A stretch of 64,000 nucleotides of DNA, taken from assembly GCF_009914755.1 (NCBI RefSeq), contig NC_060939.1. One strand, 5' to 3'. Both the position numbers and the translations under genes were made by a program. Shown piece after piece: positions 14,901 through 29,902 of the stretch. The first letter of the stretch is position 1. Each line of letters opens with the position of its first letter. The DNA is from the human T2T-CHM13v2.0 reference genome, Homo sapiens. Below the pieces are notes generated by a model that was not told the origin of the DNA, made no database searches, and saw only the letters and a list, made by a program, of their open reading frames with translations.

Positions 14901-17900
14901 CCATATTATTCCATTACACTCCATTCCATTCTATTACTTTCATTTCCATTCAATTCCATTCCATTTGATTCCATTCCACTCGGTTTCATTCCATTTGAGT
15001 CCACTCCTTTCCATTCCATTCCATTCCATTCAGTTCCATTCCATTCTGTTCCATTCCATTCCGTTCCATTCCATTCCATTCCATTCGGTACCATTCCATA
15101 TTGTTCCATTCGATTCCATTCGAATCCATTCCATTCCAGTCCATTCCATTCGATTCCATTCCATTCATTTCAATTCCATTCCATTCCATTACATTACATT
15201 CCACTTGATTCCTCTCCATTCCCTTCCACTGCATTCCGTTCGATTCCATTCCATTGCATTGCATTCCATTCCATTGGATTGCGTTCCATTTGATTCCATT
15301 CCATTCGAATCAATTACATACCAATCCATTACATTCGAGTCTATTCTCTTCCGTTCCATTCGATTTCGTTCCAATCCATTCGATTCCATTCCATTCGATT
15401 CCATTCCATACTATTGCATTCCATTCGATTACATTATATTCGAATAAGTTCCATTCAAGACCATTTCTTTTGAGTCCATTCTATTTGAGTCCATTCCCTT
15501 TGATTCCATAACATTTGAGTCCATTCAATTCCATTCCTTTCGTTTCCATTCCATTTGATGCCATTCCATTCAATTCTGTTCTACTCGACTCCAATACATT
15601 CAATTCCATTCCATCCGATTCCATTACATTCTTTTCATTTCTTATCCATTTCAAGCCATTCCACTCCATTCCATTCCACTCGTTTCCTTTCCATTCGAGT
15701 CCATTCCTCTCCAGTCCATTCCGTTCAATCCATTCCATTCCAGTCCATTCCATTCGAGTCCGTTCCATTCCAGTCCATTCCATTCGAGTCAATTCCATTC
15801 CATTCGATGTCTTTCCATAATGATCCATTCCATTCTATTCCTTTCGATTCCATTCCATTCTATTTCATTCCATTCGATTCCCTTCCATTGGACTCCTTTC
15901 CATTCGAGTGCATTCCATTCCGTTCCATTTCTTTCCGTTCTGTACGATTCCTACCGTTCGATTTCATTTTGTTCCAGTCCATTCCTTTCGCGTCCATTCC
16001 ATTCCATTTCACTCCATTCGATTCCATTCCACTCGATTCCACTTCGTTCCATTTCATTGCATTCCATTCCATTCAACTCTATTGCCTTCCATTCCATTCC
16101 ATTCGATTACATTCCATGCGATTCCATTCGAAATCGAATCAATTACATTGCAAACCATTACTATTGAGTCCGTTTTATTCCAGTCCACTGCATTCTGGTC
16201 CATTCCATTTGATTCCATTCCATTCTATTCCATTCCATACAGTTGCATTCCATTGGATTCCATGCTATATCTATAAATTCAATTCGAGACCATTGCTTTT
16301 GAGTCCATTCTATATGATTCCATTCCATTCAAGTCCATTACATTTGGTTCAATTCCATTCCATTCCATTCCCTTTCATTCCATTCCATTTGATATCAATC
16401 CATTCGATTCCATTCCATTCGAGCACATTCCATTCGAGTCCATTCCATTCGATGCCATTCCATTTGATTCTATTCCATTAGTCTCCATTCAATTCCATTA
16501 ATCTCCATTCCATTCCATTCTACTCCAACTGATTCCATTCCATTCTATTCCTTTCCATTCCATTTCATTCCATTGCATTCCATTTCATTCCATTCCATTC
16601 CATTCGTGTCCATTCCACTCCAGTCCATTCCATTCGTGTCCATTCCATTCCAGTCCATTCCATTTGTGTCCACTGCATTCCATTCCACTCCATTCCATAT
16701 TATTCCATTACACTCCATTCCATTCTATTACTTTCATTTCCATTCAATTCCATTCCATTTCATTCCATTCCACTCGGTTTCATTCCATTTGAGTCCACTC
16801 CATTCCATTCCATTCCATTCCATTCAGTTCCATTCCATTCTGTTCCATTCCATTCCGTTCCATTCCATTCCATTCCATTCGGTACCATTCCATACTGTTC
16901 CATTCGATTCCATTCGAATCCATTCCATTCCAGTCCATTCCATTCGATTCCATTCCATTCATTTCAATTCCATTCCATTCCATTCCATTACATTCCACTT
17001 GATTCCTCTCCATTCCCTTCCACTGCATTCCGTTCGATTCCATTCCATTGCATTGCATTCCATTCCATTGGATTGCATTCCATTCGATTCCATTCCATTC
17101 GAATCAATTACATAGCAATCCATTACATTCGAGTCTATTCTATTCCGTTCCATTCGATTTCGTTCCAATCCATTCGATTCCATTCCATTCGATTCCATTC
17201 CATACTATTGCATTCCATTCGATTACATTATATTCGAATAAGTTCCATTCAAGACCATTTCTTTTGAGTCCATTCTATTTGAGTCCATTCCCTTTGATTC
17301 CATAACATTTGAGTCCATTCAATTCCATTCCTTTCGTTTCCATTCCATTTGATGCCATTCCATTCAATTCTGTTCTACTCGACTCCAATACATTCAATTC
17401 CATTCCATCCGATTCCATTACATTCTTTTCATTTCTTATCCATTTCAAGCCATTCCACTCCATTCCATTCCACTCGTTTCCTTTCCATTCGAGTCCATTC
17501 CTCTCCAGTCCATTCCGTTCAATCCATTCCATTCCAGTCCATTCCATTCGAGTCCGTTCCATTCCAGTCCATTGCATTCGAGTCAATTCCATCCCATTCG
17601 ATGTCTTTCCATAACGATCCATTCCATTCTATTCCTTTCGATTCCATTCCATTCTATTTCATTCCATTCGATTCCCTTCCATTGGACTCCTTTCCATTCG
17701 AGTGCATTCCATTCCGTTCCATTTCTTTCCGTTCTGTACGATTCCTACCGTTCGATTTCATTTTGTTCCAGTCCATTCCTTTCGCGTCCATTCCATTCCA
17801 TTTCACTCCATTCGATTCCATTCCACTCGATTCCACTTCGTTCCATTTCATTGCATTCCATTCTATTCAACTCTATTGCCTTCCATTCCATTCCATTCGA

Positions 17901-20894
17901 TTACATTCCATGCGATTCCATTCGAAATCGAATCAATTACATTGCAATCCATTACTATTGAGTCCATTTTATTCCAGTCCACGGCATTCTGGTCCATTCC
18001 ATTTGATTCCATTCCATTCTATTCCATTCCATACAGTTGCATTCCATTGGATTCCATGCTATATCTATAAATTCAATTCGAGACCATTGCTTTTGAGTCC
18101 ATTCTATATGATTCCATTCCATTCAAGTCCATTACATTTGGTTCAATTCCATTCCATTCCATTCCCTTCCATTCCATTCCAGTTGATATCAATCCATTCG
18201 ATTCCATTCCATTCGAGCACATTCCATTCGAGTCCATTCCATTCGATGCCATTCCATTTGATTCTATTCCATTAGTCTCCATTCAATTCCATTAATCTCC
18301 ATTCCATTCCATTCTACTCCAACTGATTCCATTCCATTCTATTCCTTTCCATTCCATTTCATTCCATTCCATTCCATTTCATTCCATTCCATTCCATTCC
18401 ATTCCATTCGCTTCCATTCCATTCGTGTCCATTGCATTCCAGTCCATTCCATTTGTGTCCACTGCATTCCATTCCACTCCATTCCATATTATTCCATTAC
18501 ACTCCATTCCATTCTATTACTTTCATTTCCATTGAATTCCATTCCATTTGATTCCATTCCACTCGGTTTCATTCCATTTGAGTCCACTCCACTCCATTCC
18601 ATTCCATTCCATTCCATTCTGTTCCATTCCATTCTGTTCCATTCCATTCCGTTCCATTGCATTCCATTCCATTCGGTACCATTCCATATTGTTCCATTCG
18701 ATTCCATTCGAATCCATTCCATTCCAGTCCATTCCATTTGATTCCATTCCATTCCTTTCAATTCCATTCCATTCCATTCCATTCCACTTGATTCCACTCC
18801 ATTCCCTTCCACTGCATTCCATTGCATTGCATTCCATTCCATTGGACTGCATTCCATTCGATTCCATTCCATTCGAATCAATTACATAGCAATCCATTAC
18901 ATTCGAGTCTATTCTATTCCGTTCCATTCCATTTCGTTCCAATCCATTCGATTCCATTCCATTCGATTCCATTCCATACTATTGCATTCCATTCTATTAC
19001 ATTATATTCGAATAAGTTCCATTCAAGACCATTTCTTTTGAGTCCATTCTATTTGAGTCCATTCCCTTTGATTCCATAACATTTGAGTCCATTCAATTCC
19101 ATTCCTTTCGTTTCCATTCCATTTGATGCCATTCCATTCAATTCTGTTCTACTCGACTCCAATACATTCAATTCCATTCCATCCGATTCCATTACATTCT
19201 TTTCATTTCTTATCCATTTCAAGCCATTCCACTCCATTCCATTCCACTCGTTTCCTTTCCATTCGAGTCCATTCCTCTCCAGTCCATTCCGTTCAATCCA
19301 TTCCATTCCAGTCCATTCCATTCGAGTCCGTTCCATTCCAGTCCATTCCATTCGAGTCAATTCCATTTCATTCGATGTCTTTCCATAACGATCCATTCCA
19401 TTCTATTCCTTTCGATTCCGTTCCATTCTATTTCATTCCATTCGATTCCCTTCCATTGGACTCCTTTCCATTCGAGTGCATTCCATTCCGTTCCATTGCT
19501 TTCCGTTCTGTACGATTCCTACCGTTTGATTTCATTTTGTTCCAGTCCATTCTTTCGCGTCCATTCCATTCCATTTCACTCCATTCGATTCCATTCCACT
19601 CGATTCCACTTCGTTCCATTTCATTGCATTCCATTCTATTCAACTCTATTGCCTTCCATTCCATTCCATTCGATTACATTCCATGCGATTCCATTCGAAA
19701 TTGAATCAATTACATTGCAATCCATTACTATTGAGTCCCTTTTATTCCAGTCCACTGCATTCTGGTCCATTCCATTTGATTCCATTCCATTCTATTCCAT
19801 TCCATACAGTTGCATTCCATTGGATTCCATGCTATATCTATAAATTCAATTCGAGACCATTGCTTTTGAGTCCATTCTATATGATTCCTTTCCATTCAAG
19901 TCCATTACATTTGGTTAAATTCCATTCCATTCGGTTAATTCAATTCCATTCCATTCCCTTCCATTCCATTCCAGTTGATATCAATCCATTCGATTCCATT
20001 CCATTCGAGCACATTCCATTCGAGTCCATTCCATTCGATGCCATTCCATTTGATTCTATTCCATTAGTCTCCATTCAATTCCATTAATCTCCATTCCATT
20101 CCATTCTACTCCAACTGATTCCATTCCATTCTATTCCTTTCCATTCCATTTCATTCCATTCCATTCCATTCCATTCCATTCCATTCCATTCCATTCGTGT
20201 CCATTCCACTCCAGTCCATTCCATTCGTGTCCATTCCATTCCAGTCCATTCCATTTGTGTCCACTGCATTCCATTCCACTCCATTCCATATTATTCCATT
20301 ACACTCCATTCCATTCTATTACTTTCATTTCCATTCAATTCCATTCCATTTGATTCCATTCCACTCGGTTCCATTCCATTTGAGTCCACTCCATTCCATT
20401 CCATTCCATTCAGTTCCATTCCATTCTGTTCCATTCCATTCCGTTCCATTAAATTACATTCCATTCGGTACCATTCCATATTGTTCCATTCGATTCCATT
20501 CGAATCCATTCCATTCCAGTCCATTCCATTCGATTCTATTCCATTCATTTCAATTCCATTCCATTCCATTCCATTACATTCCACTTGATTCCTCTCCATT
20601 CCCTTCCACTGCATTCCGTTCGATTCCATTCCATTGCATTGCATTCCATTCCATTGTATTGCATTCCATTCGATTCCATTCCATTCGAATCAATTATATA
20701 GCAATCCATTACATTCGAGTCTATTCTATTCCGTTCCATTCGATTTCGTTCCAATCCATTCGATTCCATTCCATTCGATTCCATTCCATACTATTGCATT
20801 CCATTCGATTACATTATATTCGAATAAGTTCCATTCAAGACCATTTCTTTTGAGTCCATTCTATTTGAGTCCATTCCCTTTGATTCCATAACAT

Positions 20895-23800
20895 TTGAGT
20901 CCATTCAATTCCATTCCTTTTGTTTCCATTCCATTTGATGCCATTCCATTCAATTCTGTTCTACTCGACTCCAATACATTCAATTCCATTCCATCCGATT
21001 CCATTACATTCTTTTCATTTCTTATCCATTTCAAGCCATTCCACTCCATTCCATTCCACTCGTTTCCTTTCCATTCGAGTCCATTCCTCTCCAGTCCATT
21101 CCGTTCAATCCATTCCATTCCAGTTCATTCCATTCGAGTCCGTTCCATTCCAGTCCATTCCATTCGAGTCAATTCCATTTCATTCGATGTCTTTCCATAA
21201 CGATCCATTCCATTCTATTCCTTTCGATTCCATTCCATTCTATTTCATTCCATTCGATTCCCTTCCATTGGACTCCTTTCCATTCGAGTGCATTCCATTC
21301 CGTTCCATTGCTTTCCGTTCTGTACGATTCCTACCGTTTGATTTCATTTTGTTCCAGTCCATTCTTTCGCGTCCATTCCATTCCATTTCACTCCATTCGA
21401 TTCCATTCCACTCGATTCCACTTCGTTCCATTTCATTGCATTCCATTCTATTCAACTCTATTGCCTTCCATTCTATTCCATTCGACTACATTCCATGCGA
21501 TTCCATTCGAAATTGAATCAATTACATTGCAATCCATTACAATTGAGTCCGTTTTATTCCAGTCCACTGCATTCTGGTCCATTCCATTTGATTCCATTCC
21601 ATTCTATTCCATTCCATACAGTTGCATTCCATTGGACTCCATGCTATATCTATAAATTCAATTGGAGACCATTGCTTTTGAGTCCATTCTATATGATTCC
21701 ATTCCATTCAACTCCATTACATTTGGTTAAATTCCATTCCATTCGGTTTAATTCCATTCCATTCCATTCCCTTCCATTCCATTCCAGTTGATATCAATCC
21801 ATTCGATTCCATTCCATTCGAGCACATTCCATTCGAGTCCATTCCATTCGATGCCATTCCATTTGATTCTATTCCATTAGTCTCCATTCAATTCCATTAA
21901 TCTCCATTCCATTCCATTCTACTCCAACTGATTCCATTCCATTCTATTCCTTTCCATTCCATTTCATTCCATTCCATTCCATTCCATTCCATTCCATTCC
22001 ATTCGTGTCCATTCCACTCCAGTCCATTCCATTCGTATCCATTCCATTCCAGTCCATTCCATTTGTGTCCACTGCATTCCATTCCACTCCATTCCATATT
22101 ATTCCATTACACTCCATTCCATTCTATTACTTTCATTTCCATTCAATTCCATTCCATTTGATTCCATTCCACTCGGTTTCATTCCATTTGAGTCCACTCC
22201 ATTCCATTCCATTCCATTCAATTCCATTCCATTCTGTTCCATTCCATTCCGTTCCATTACATTCCATTCCATTAGGTACCATTCCATATTGTTCCATTCG
22301 ATTCCATTCGAATCCATTCCATTCCAGTCCATTCCATTCGATTCCATTCCATTCATTTCAATTCCATTCCATTCCATTCCATTACATTCCACTTGATTCC
22401 TCTCCATTCCCTTCCACTGCATTCCGTTCGATTCCATTCCATTGCATTGCATTCCATTCCATTGGATTGCATTCCATTCGATTCCATTCCATTCGAATCA
22501 ATTACATACCAATCCATTACATTCGAGTCTATTCTCTTCCGTTCCATTCGATTTCGTTCCAATCCATTCGATTCCATTCCATTCGATTCCATTCCATACT
22601 ATTGCATTCCATTCGATTACATTATATTCGAATAAGTTCCATTCAAGACCATTTCTTTTGAGTCCATTCTATTTGAGTCCATTCCCTTTGATTCCATAAC
22701 ATTTGAGTCCATTCAATTCCATTCCTTTCGTTTCCATTCCATTTGATGCCATTCCATTCAATTCTGTTCTACTCGACTCCAATACATTCAATTCCATTCC
22801 ATCCGATTCCATTACATTCTTTTCATTTCTTATCCATTTCAAGCCATTCCACTCCATTCCATTCCACTCGCTTCCTTTCCATTCGAGTCCATTCCTCTCC
22901 AGTCCATTCCGTTCAATCCATTCCATTCCAGTCCATTCCATTCGAGTCCGTTCCATTCCAGTCCATTCCATTCGAGACAATTCCATTCCATTCGATGTCT
23001 TTCCATAACGATCCATTCCATTCTATTCCTTTCGATTCCATTCCATTCTATTTCATTCCATTCGATTCCCTTCCATTGGACTCCTTTCCATTCGAGTGCA
23101 TTCCATTCCGTTCCATTTCTTTCCGTTCTGTACGATTCCTACCGTTCGATTTCATTTTGTTCCAGTCCATTCCTTTCGCGTCCATTCCATTCCATTTCAC
23201 TCCATTCGATTCCATTCCACTCGATTCCACTTCGTTCCATTTCATTGCATTCCATTCTATTCAACTCTATTGCCTTCCATTCCATTCCATTCGATTACAT
23301 TCCATGCGATTCCATTCGAAATCGAATCAATTACATTGCAATCCATTACTATTGAGTCCGTTTTATTCCAGTCCACTGCATTCTGGTCCATTCCATTTGA
23401 TTCCATTCCATTCTATTCCATTCCATACAGTAGCATTCCATTGGATTCCATGCTATATCTATAAATTCAATTGGAGACCATTGCTTTTGAGTCCATTCTA
23501 TATGATTCCATTCCATTCAACTCCATTACATTTGGTTAAATTCCATTCCATTCGGTTTAATTCCATTCCATTCCATTCCCTTCCATTCCATTCCAGTTGA
23601 TATCAATCCATTCGATTCCATTCCATTCGAGCACATTCCATTCGATGCCATTCCATTTGATTGTATTCCATTAGTCTCCATTCAATTCCATTAATCTCCA
23701 TTCCATTCCATTCTACTCCAACTGATTCCATTCCATTCTATTCCATTCCATTCCATTTCATTCCATTCCATTCCATTTCATTCCATTCCATTCCATTCGT

Positions 23801-26800
23801 GTCCATTCCACTGCAGTCCATTCCATTCGTGTCCATTCCATTCCAGTCCATTCGATTTGTGTCCACTGCATTCAATTCCACTCCATTCCATATTATTCCA
23901 TTACACTCCATTCCATTCTATTACTTTCATTTCCATTCAATTCCATTCCATTTGATTCCATTCCACTCGGTTTCATTCCATTTGAGTCCACTCCATTCCA
24001 TTCCATTCCATTCCATTCAGTTCCATTCCATTCTGTTCCATTCCATTCCGTTCCATTACATTCCATTCCATTCGGTACCATTCCATATTGTTCCATTCGA
24101 TTCCATTCGAATCCATTCCATTCCAGTCCATTCCATTCGATTCCATTCCATTCATTTCAATTCCATTCCATTCCATTACATTACATTCCACTTGATTCCT
24201 CTCCATTCCCTTCCACTGCATTCCGTTCGATTCCATTCCATTGCATTGCATTCCATTCCATTGGATTGCATTCCATTCGATTCCATTCCATTCGAATCAA
24301 TTACATACCAATCCATTACATTCGAGTCTATTCTCTTCCGTTCCATTCGATTTCGTTCCAATCCATTCGATTCCATTCCATTCGATTCCATTCCATACTA
24401 TTGCATTCCATTCGATTACATTATATTCGAATAAGTTCCATTCAAGACCATTTCTTTTGAGTCCATTCTATTTGAGTCCATTCCCTTTGATTCCATAACA
24501 TTTGAGTCCATTCAATTCCATTCCTTTCGTTTCCATTCCATTTGATGCCATTCCATTCAATTCTGTTCTACTCGACTCCAATACATTCAATTCCATTCCA
24601 TCCGATTCCATTACATTCTTTTCATTTCTTATCCATTTCAAGCCATTCCACTCCATTCCATTCCACTCGTTTCCTTTCCATTCGAGTCCATTCCTCTCCA
24701 GTCCATTCCGTTCAATCCATTCCATTCCAGTCCATTCCATTCGAGTCCGTTCCATTCCAGTCCATTCCATTCGAGTCAATTCCATTTCATTCGATGTCTT
24801 TCCATAACGATCCATTCCATTCTATTCCTTTCGATTCCATTCCATTCTATTTCATTCCATTCGATTCCCTTCCATTGGACTCCTTTCCATTCGAGTGCAT
24901 TCCATTCCGTTCCATTGCTTTCCGTTCTGTACGATTCCTACCGTTTGATTTCATTTTGTTCCAGTCCATTCTTTCGCGTCCATTCCATTCCATTTCACTC
25001 CATTCGATTCCATTCCACTCGATTCCACTTCGTTCCATTTCATTGCATTCCATTCTATTCAACTCTATTGCCTTCCATTCTATTCCATTCGACTACATTC
25101 CATGCGATTCCATTCGAAATTGAATCAATTACATTGCAATCCATTACAATTGAGTCCGTTTTATTCCAGTCCACTGCATTCTGGTCCATTCCATTTGATT
25201 CCATTCCATTCTATTCCATTCCATACAGTTCCATTCCATTGGATTCCATGCTATATGTATAAATTCAATTGGAGACCATTGCTTTTGAGTCCATTCTATA
25301 TGATTCCATTCCATTCAACTCCATTACATTTGGTTAAATTCCATTCCATTCGGTTTAATTCCATTCCATTCCATTCCCTTCCATTCCATTCCAGTTGATA
25401 TCAATCCATTCGATTCCATTCCATTCGGGCACATTCCATTCGAGTCCATTCCATTCGATGCCATTCCATTTGATTCTATTCCATTAGTCTCCATTCAATT
25501 CCATTAATCTCCATTCCATTCCATTCTACTCCAACTGATTCCATTCCATTCTATTCCTTTCCATTCCATTTCATTCCATTCCATTCCATTCCATTCCATT
25601 CCATTCCATTCGTGTCCATTCCACTCCAGTCCATTCCATTCGTATCCATTCCATTCCAGTCCATTCCATTTGTGTCCACTGCATTCCATTCCACTCCATT
25701 CCATATTATTCCATTACACTCCATTCCATTCTATTACTTTCATTTCCATTCAATTCCATTCCATTTGATTCCATTCCACTCGGTTTCATTCCATTTGAGT
25801 CCACTCCATTCCATTCCATTCCATTCAATTCCATTCCATTCTGTTCCATTCCATTCCGTTCCATTACATTCCATTCCATTAGGTACCATTCCATATTGTT
25901 CCATTCGATTCCATTCGAATCCATTCCATTCCAGTCCATTCCATTCGATTCCATTCCATTCATTTCAATTCCATTCCATTCCATTCCATTACATTCCACT
26001 TGATTCCTCTCCATTCCCTTCCACTGCATTCCGTTCGATTCCATTCCATTGCATTGCATTCCATTCCATTGTATTGCATTCCATTCGATTCCATTCCATT
26101 CGAATCAATTACATACCAATCCATTACATTCGAGTCTATTCTCTTCCGTTCCATTCGATTTCGTTCCAATCCATTCGATTCCATTCCATTCGATTCCATT
26201 CCATACTATTGCATTCCATTCGATTACATTATATTCGAATAAGTTCCATTCAAGACCATTTCTTTTGAGTCCATTCTATTTGAGTCCATTCCCTTTGATT
26301 CCATAACATTTGAGTCCATTCAATTCCATTCCTTTCGTTTCCATTCCATTTGATGCCATTCCATTCAATTCTGTTCTACTCGACTCCAATACATTCAATT
26401 CCATTCCATCCGATTCCATTACATTCTTTTCATTTCTTATCCATTTCAAGCCATTCCACTCCATTCCATTCCACTCGCTTCCTTTCCATTCGAGTCCATT
26501 CCTCTCCAGTCCATTCCGTTCAATCCATTCCATTCCAGTCCATTCCATTCGAGTCCGTTCCATTCCAGTCCATTCCATTCGAGTCAATTCCATTCCATTC
26601 GATGTCTTTCCATAACGATCCATTCCATTCTATTCCTTTCGATTCCATTCCATTCTATTTCATTCCATTCGATTCCCTTCCATTGGACTCCTTTCCATTC
26701 GAGTGCATTCCATTCCGTTCCATTTCTTTCCGTTCTGTACGATTCCTACCGTTCGATTTCATTTTGTTCCAGTCCATTCCTTTCGCGTCCATTCCATTCC

Positions 26801-28108
26801 ATTTCACTCCATTCGATTCCATTCCACTCGATTCCACTTCGTTCCATTTCATTGCATTCCATTCTATTCAACTCTATTGCCTTCCATTCCATTCCATTCG
26901 ATTACATTCCATGCGATTCCATTCGAAATCGAATCAATTACATTGCAATCCATTACTATTGAGTCCGTTTTATTCCAGTCCACTGCATTCTGGTCCATTC
27001 CATTTGATTCCATTCCATTCTATTCCATTCCATACAGTAGCATTCCATTGGATTCCATGCTATATCTATAAATTCAATTGGAGACCATTGCTTTTGAGTC
27101 CATTCTATATGATTCCATTCCATTCAACTCCATTACATTTGGTTAAATTCCATTCCATTCGGTTTAATTCCATTCCATTCCATTCCCTTCCATTCCATTC
27201 CAGTTGATATCAATCCATTCGATTCCATTCCATTCGAGCACATTCCATTCGATGCCATTCCATTTGATTGTATTCCATTAGTCTCCATTCAATTCCATTA
27301 ATCTCCATTCCATTCCATTCTACTCCAACTGATTCCATTCCATTCTATTCCATTCCATTCCATTTCATTCCATTCCATTCCATTTCATTCCATTCCATTC
27401 CATTCGTGTCCATTCCACTGCAGTCCATTCCATTCGTGTCCATTCCATTCCAGTCCATTCGATTTGTGTCCACTGCATTCAATTCCACTCCATTCCATAT
27501 TATTCCATTACACTCCATTCCATTCTATTACTTTCATTTCCATTCAATTCCATTCCATTTGATTCCATTCCACTCGGTTTCATTCCATTTGAGTCCACTC
27601 CATTCCATTCCATTCCATTCCATTCAGTTCCATTCCATTCTGTTCCATTCCATTCCGTTCCATTACATTCCATTCCATTCGGTACCATTCCATATTGTTC
27701 CATTCGATTCCATTCGAATCCATTCCATTCCAGTCCATTCCATTCGATTCCATTCCATTCATTTCAATTCCATTCCATTCCATTACATTACATTCCACTT
27801 GATTCCTCTCCATTCCCTTCCACTGCATTCCGTTCGATTCCATTCCATTGCATTGCATTCCATTCCATTGGATTGCATTCCATTCGATTCCATTCCATTC
27901 GAATCAATTACATACCAATCCATTACATTCGAGTCTATTCTCTTCCGTTCCATTCGATTTCGTTCCAATCCATTCGATTCCATTCCATTCGATTCCATTC
28001 CATACTATTGCATTCCATTCGATTACATTATATTCGAATAAGTTCCATTCAAGACCATTTCTTTTGAGTCCATTCTATTTGAGTCCATTCCCTTTGATTC
28101 CATAACAT
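20895..28108 (+). repeat. Tandem duplication of a two-unit (3607 bp) block
   Basis: Unit lengths 1808,1799,1808,1799. Private variants recur 3607 bp apart: GACTACATT (21484/25091), ATTAGGTACC (22271/25878), CTGCAG (23811/27418), plus ACAGTAGCATT and TTGATTGTATT. Confidence 0.9.
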
Positions 28109-29902
28109 TTGAGTCCATTCAATTCCATTCCTTTCGTTTCCATTCCATTTGATGCCATTCCATTCAATTCTGTTCTACTCGACTCCAATACATTCAATTC
28201 CATTCCATCCGATTCCATTACATTCTTTTCATTTCTTATCCATTTCAAGCCATTCCACTCCATTCCATTCCACTCGTTTCCTTTCCATTCGAGTCCATTC
28301 CTCTCCAGTCCATTCCGTTCAATCCATTCCATTCCAGTCCATTCCATTCGAGTCCGTTCCATTCCAGTCCATTCCATTCGAGTCAATTCCATTCCATTCG
28401 ATGTCTTTCCATAACGATCCATTCCATTCTATTCCTTTCGATTCCATTCCATTCTATTTCATTCCATTCGATTCCCTTCCATTGGACTCCTTTCCATTCG
28501 AGTGCATTCCATTCCGTTCCATTGCTTTCCGTTCTGTACGATTCCTACCGTTCGATTTCATTTTGTTCCAGTCCATTCCTTTCGCGTCCACTCCATTCCA
28601 TTTCACTCCATTCGATTCCATTCCACTCGATTCCACTTCGTTCCATTTCATTGCATTCCATTCTATTCAACTCTATTGCCTTCCATTCCATTCCATTCGA
28701 TTACATTCCATGCGATTCCATTCGAAATCGAATCAATTACATTGCTAACCATTACTATTGAGTCCGTTTTATTCCAGTCCACTGCATTCTGGTCCATTCC
28801 ATTTGATTCCATTCCATTCTATTCCATTCCATACAGTTGCATTCCATTGGATTCCATGCTATATCTATAAATTCAATTCGAGACCATTGCTTTTGAGTCC
28901 ATTCTATATGATTCCATTCCATTCAAGTCCATTACATTTGGTTCAATTCCATTCCATTCCATTCCCTTCCATTCCATTCCATTTGATATCAATCCATTCG
29001 ATTCCATTCCATTCGAGCACATTCCATTCGAGTCCATTCCATTCGATGCCATTCCATTTGATTCTATTCCATTAGTCTCCATTCAATTCCATTAATCTCC
29101 ATTCCATTCCATTCTACTCCAACTGATTCCATTCCATTCTATTCCTTTCCATTCCATTTCATTCCATTGCATTCCATTTCATTCCATTCCATTCCATTCG
29201 TGTCCATTCCACTCCAGTCCATTCCATTCGTGTCCATTCCATTCCAGTCCATTCCATTTGTGTCCACTGCATTCCATTCCACTCCATTCCATATTATTCC
29301 ATTACACTCCATTCCATTCTATTACTTTCATTTCCATTCAATTCCATTCCATTTGATTCCATTCCACTCGGTTTCATTCCATTTGAGTCCACTCCATTCC
29401 ATTCCATTACATTCCATTCAGTTCCATTCCATTCTGTTCCATTCCATTCCGTTCCATTGCATTCCATTACATTCGGTACCATTCCATATTGTTCCATTCG
29501 ATTCCATTCGAATCCATTCCATTCCAGTCCATTCCATTCGATTCCATTCCATTCATTTCAATTCCATTCCATTCCATTCCATTACATTCCACTTGATTCC
29601 TCTCCATTCCCTTCCACTGCATTCCGTTCGATTCCATTCCATTGCATTGCATTCCATTCCATTGGATTGCATTCCATTCGATTCCATTCCATTCGAATCA
29701 ATTACATAGCAATCCATTACATTCGAGTCTATTCTATTCCGTTCCATTCGATTTCGTTCCAATCCATTCGATTCCATTCCATTCGATTCCATTCCATACT
29801 ATTGCATTCCATTCGATTACATTATATTCGAATAAGTTCCATTCAAGACCATTTCTTTTGAGTCCATTCTATTTGAGTCCATTCCCTTTGATTCCATAAC
29901 AT

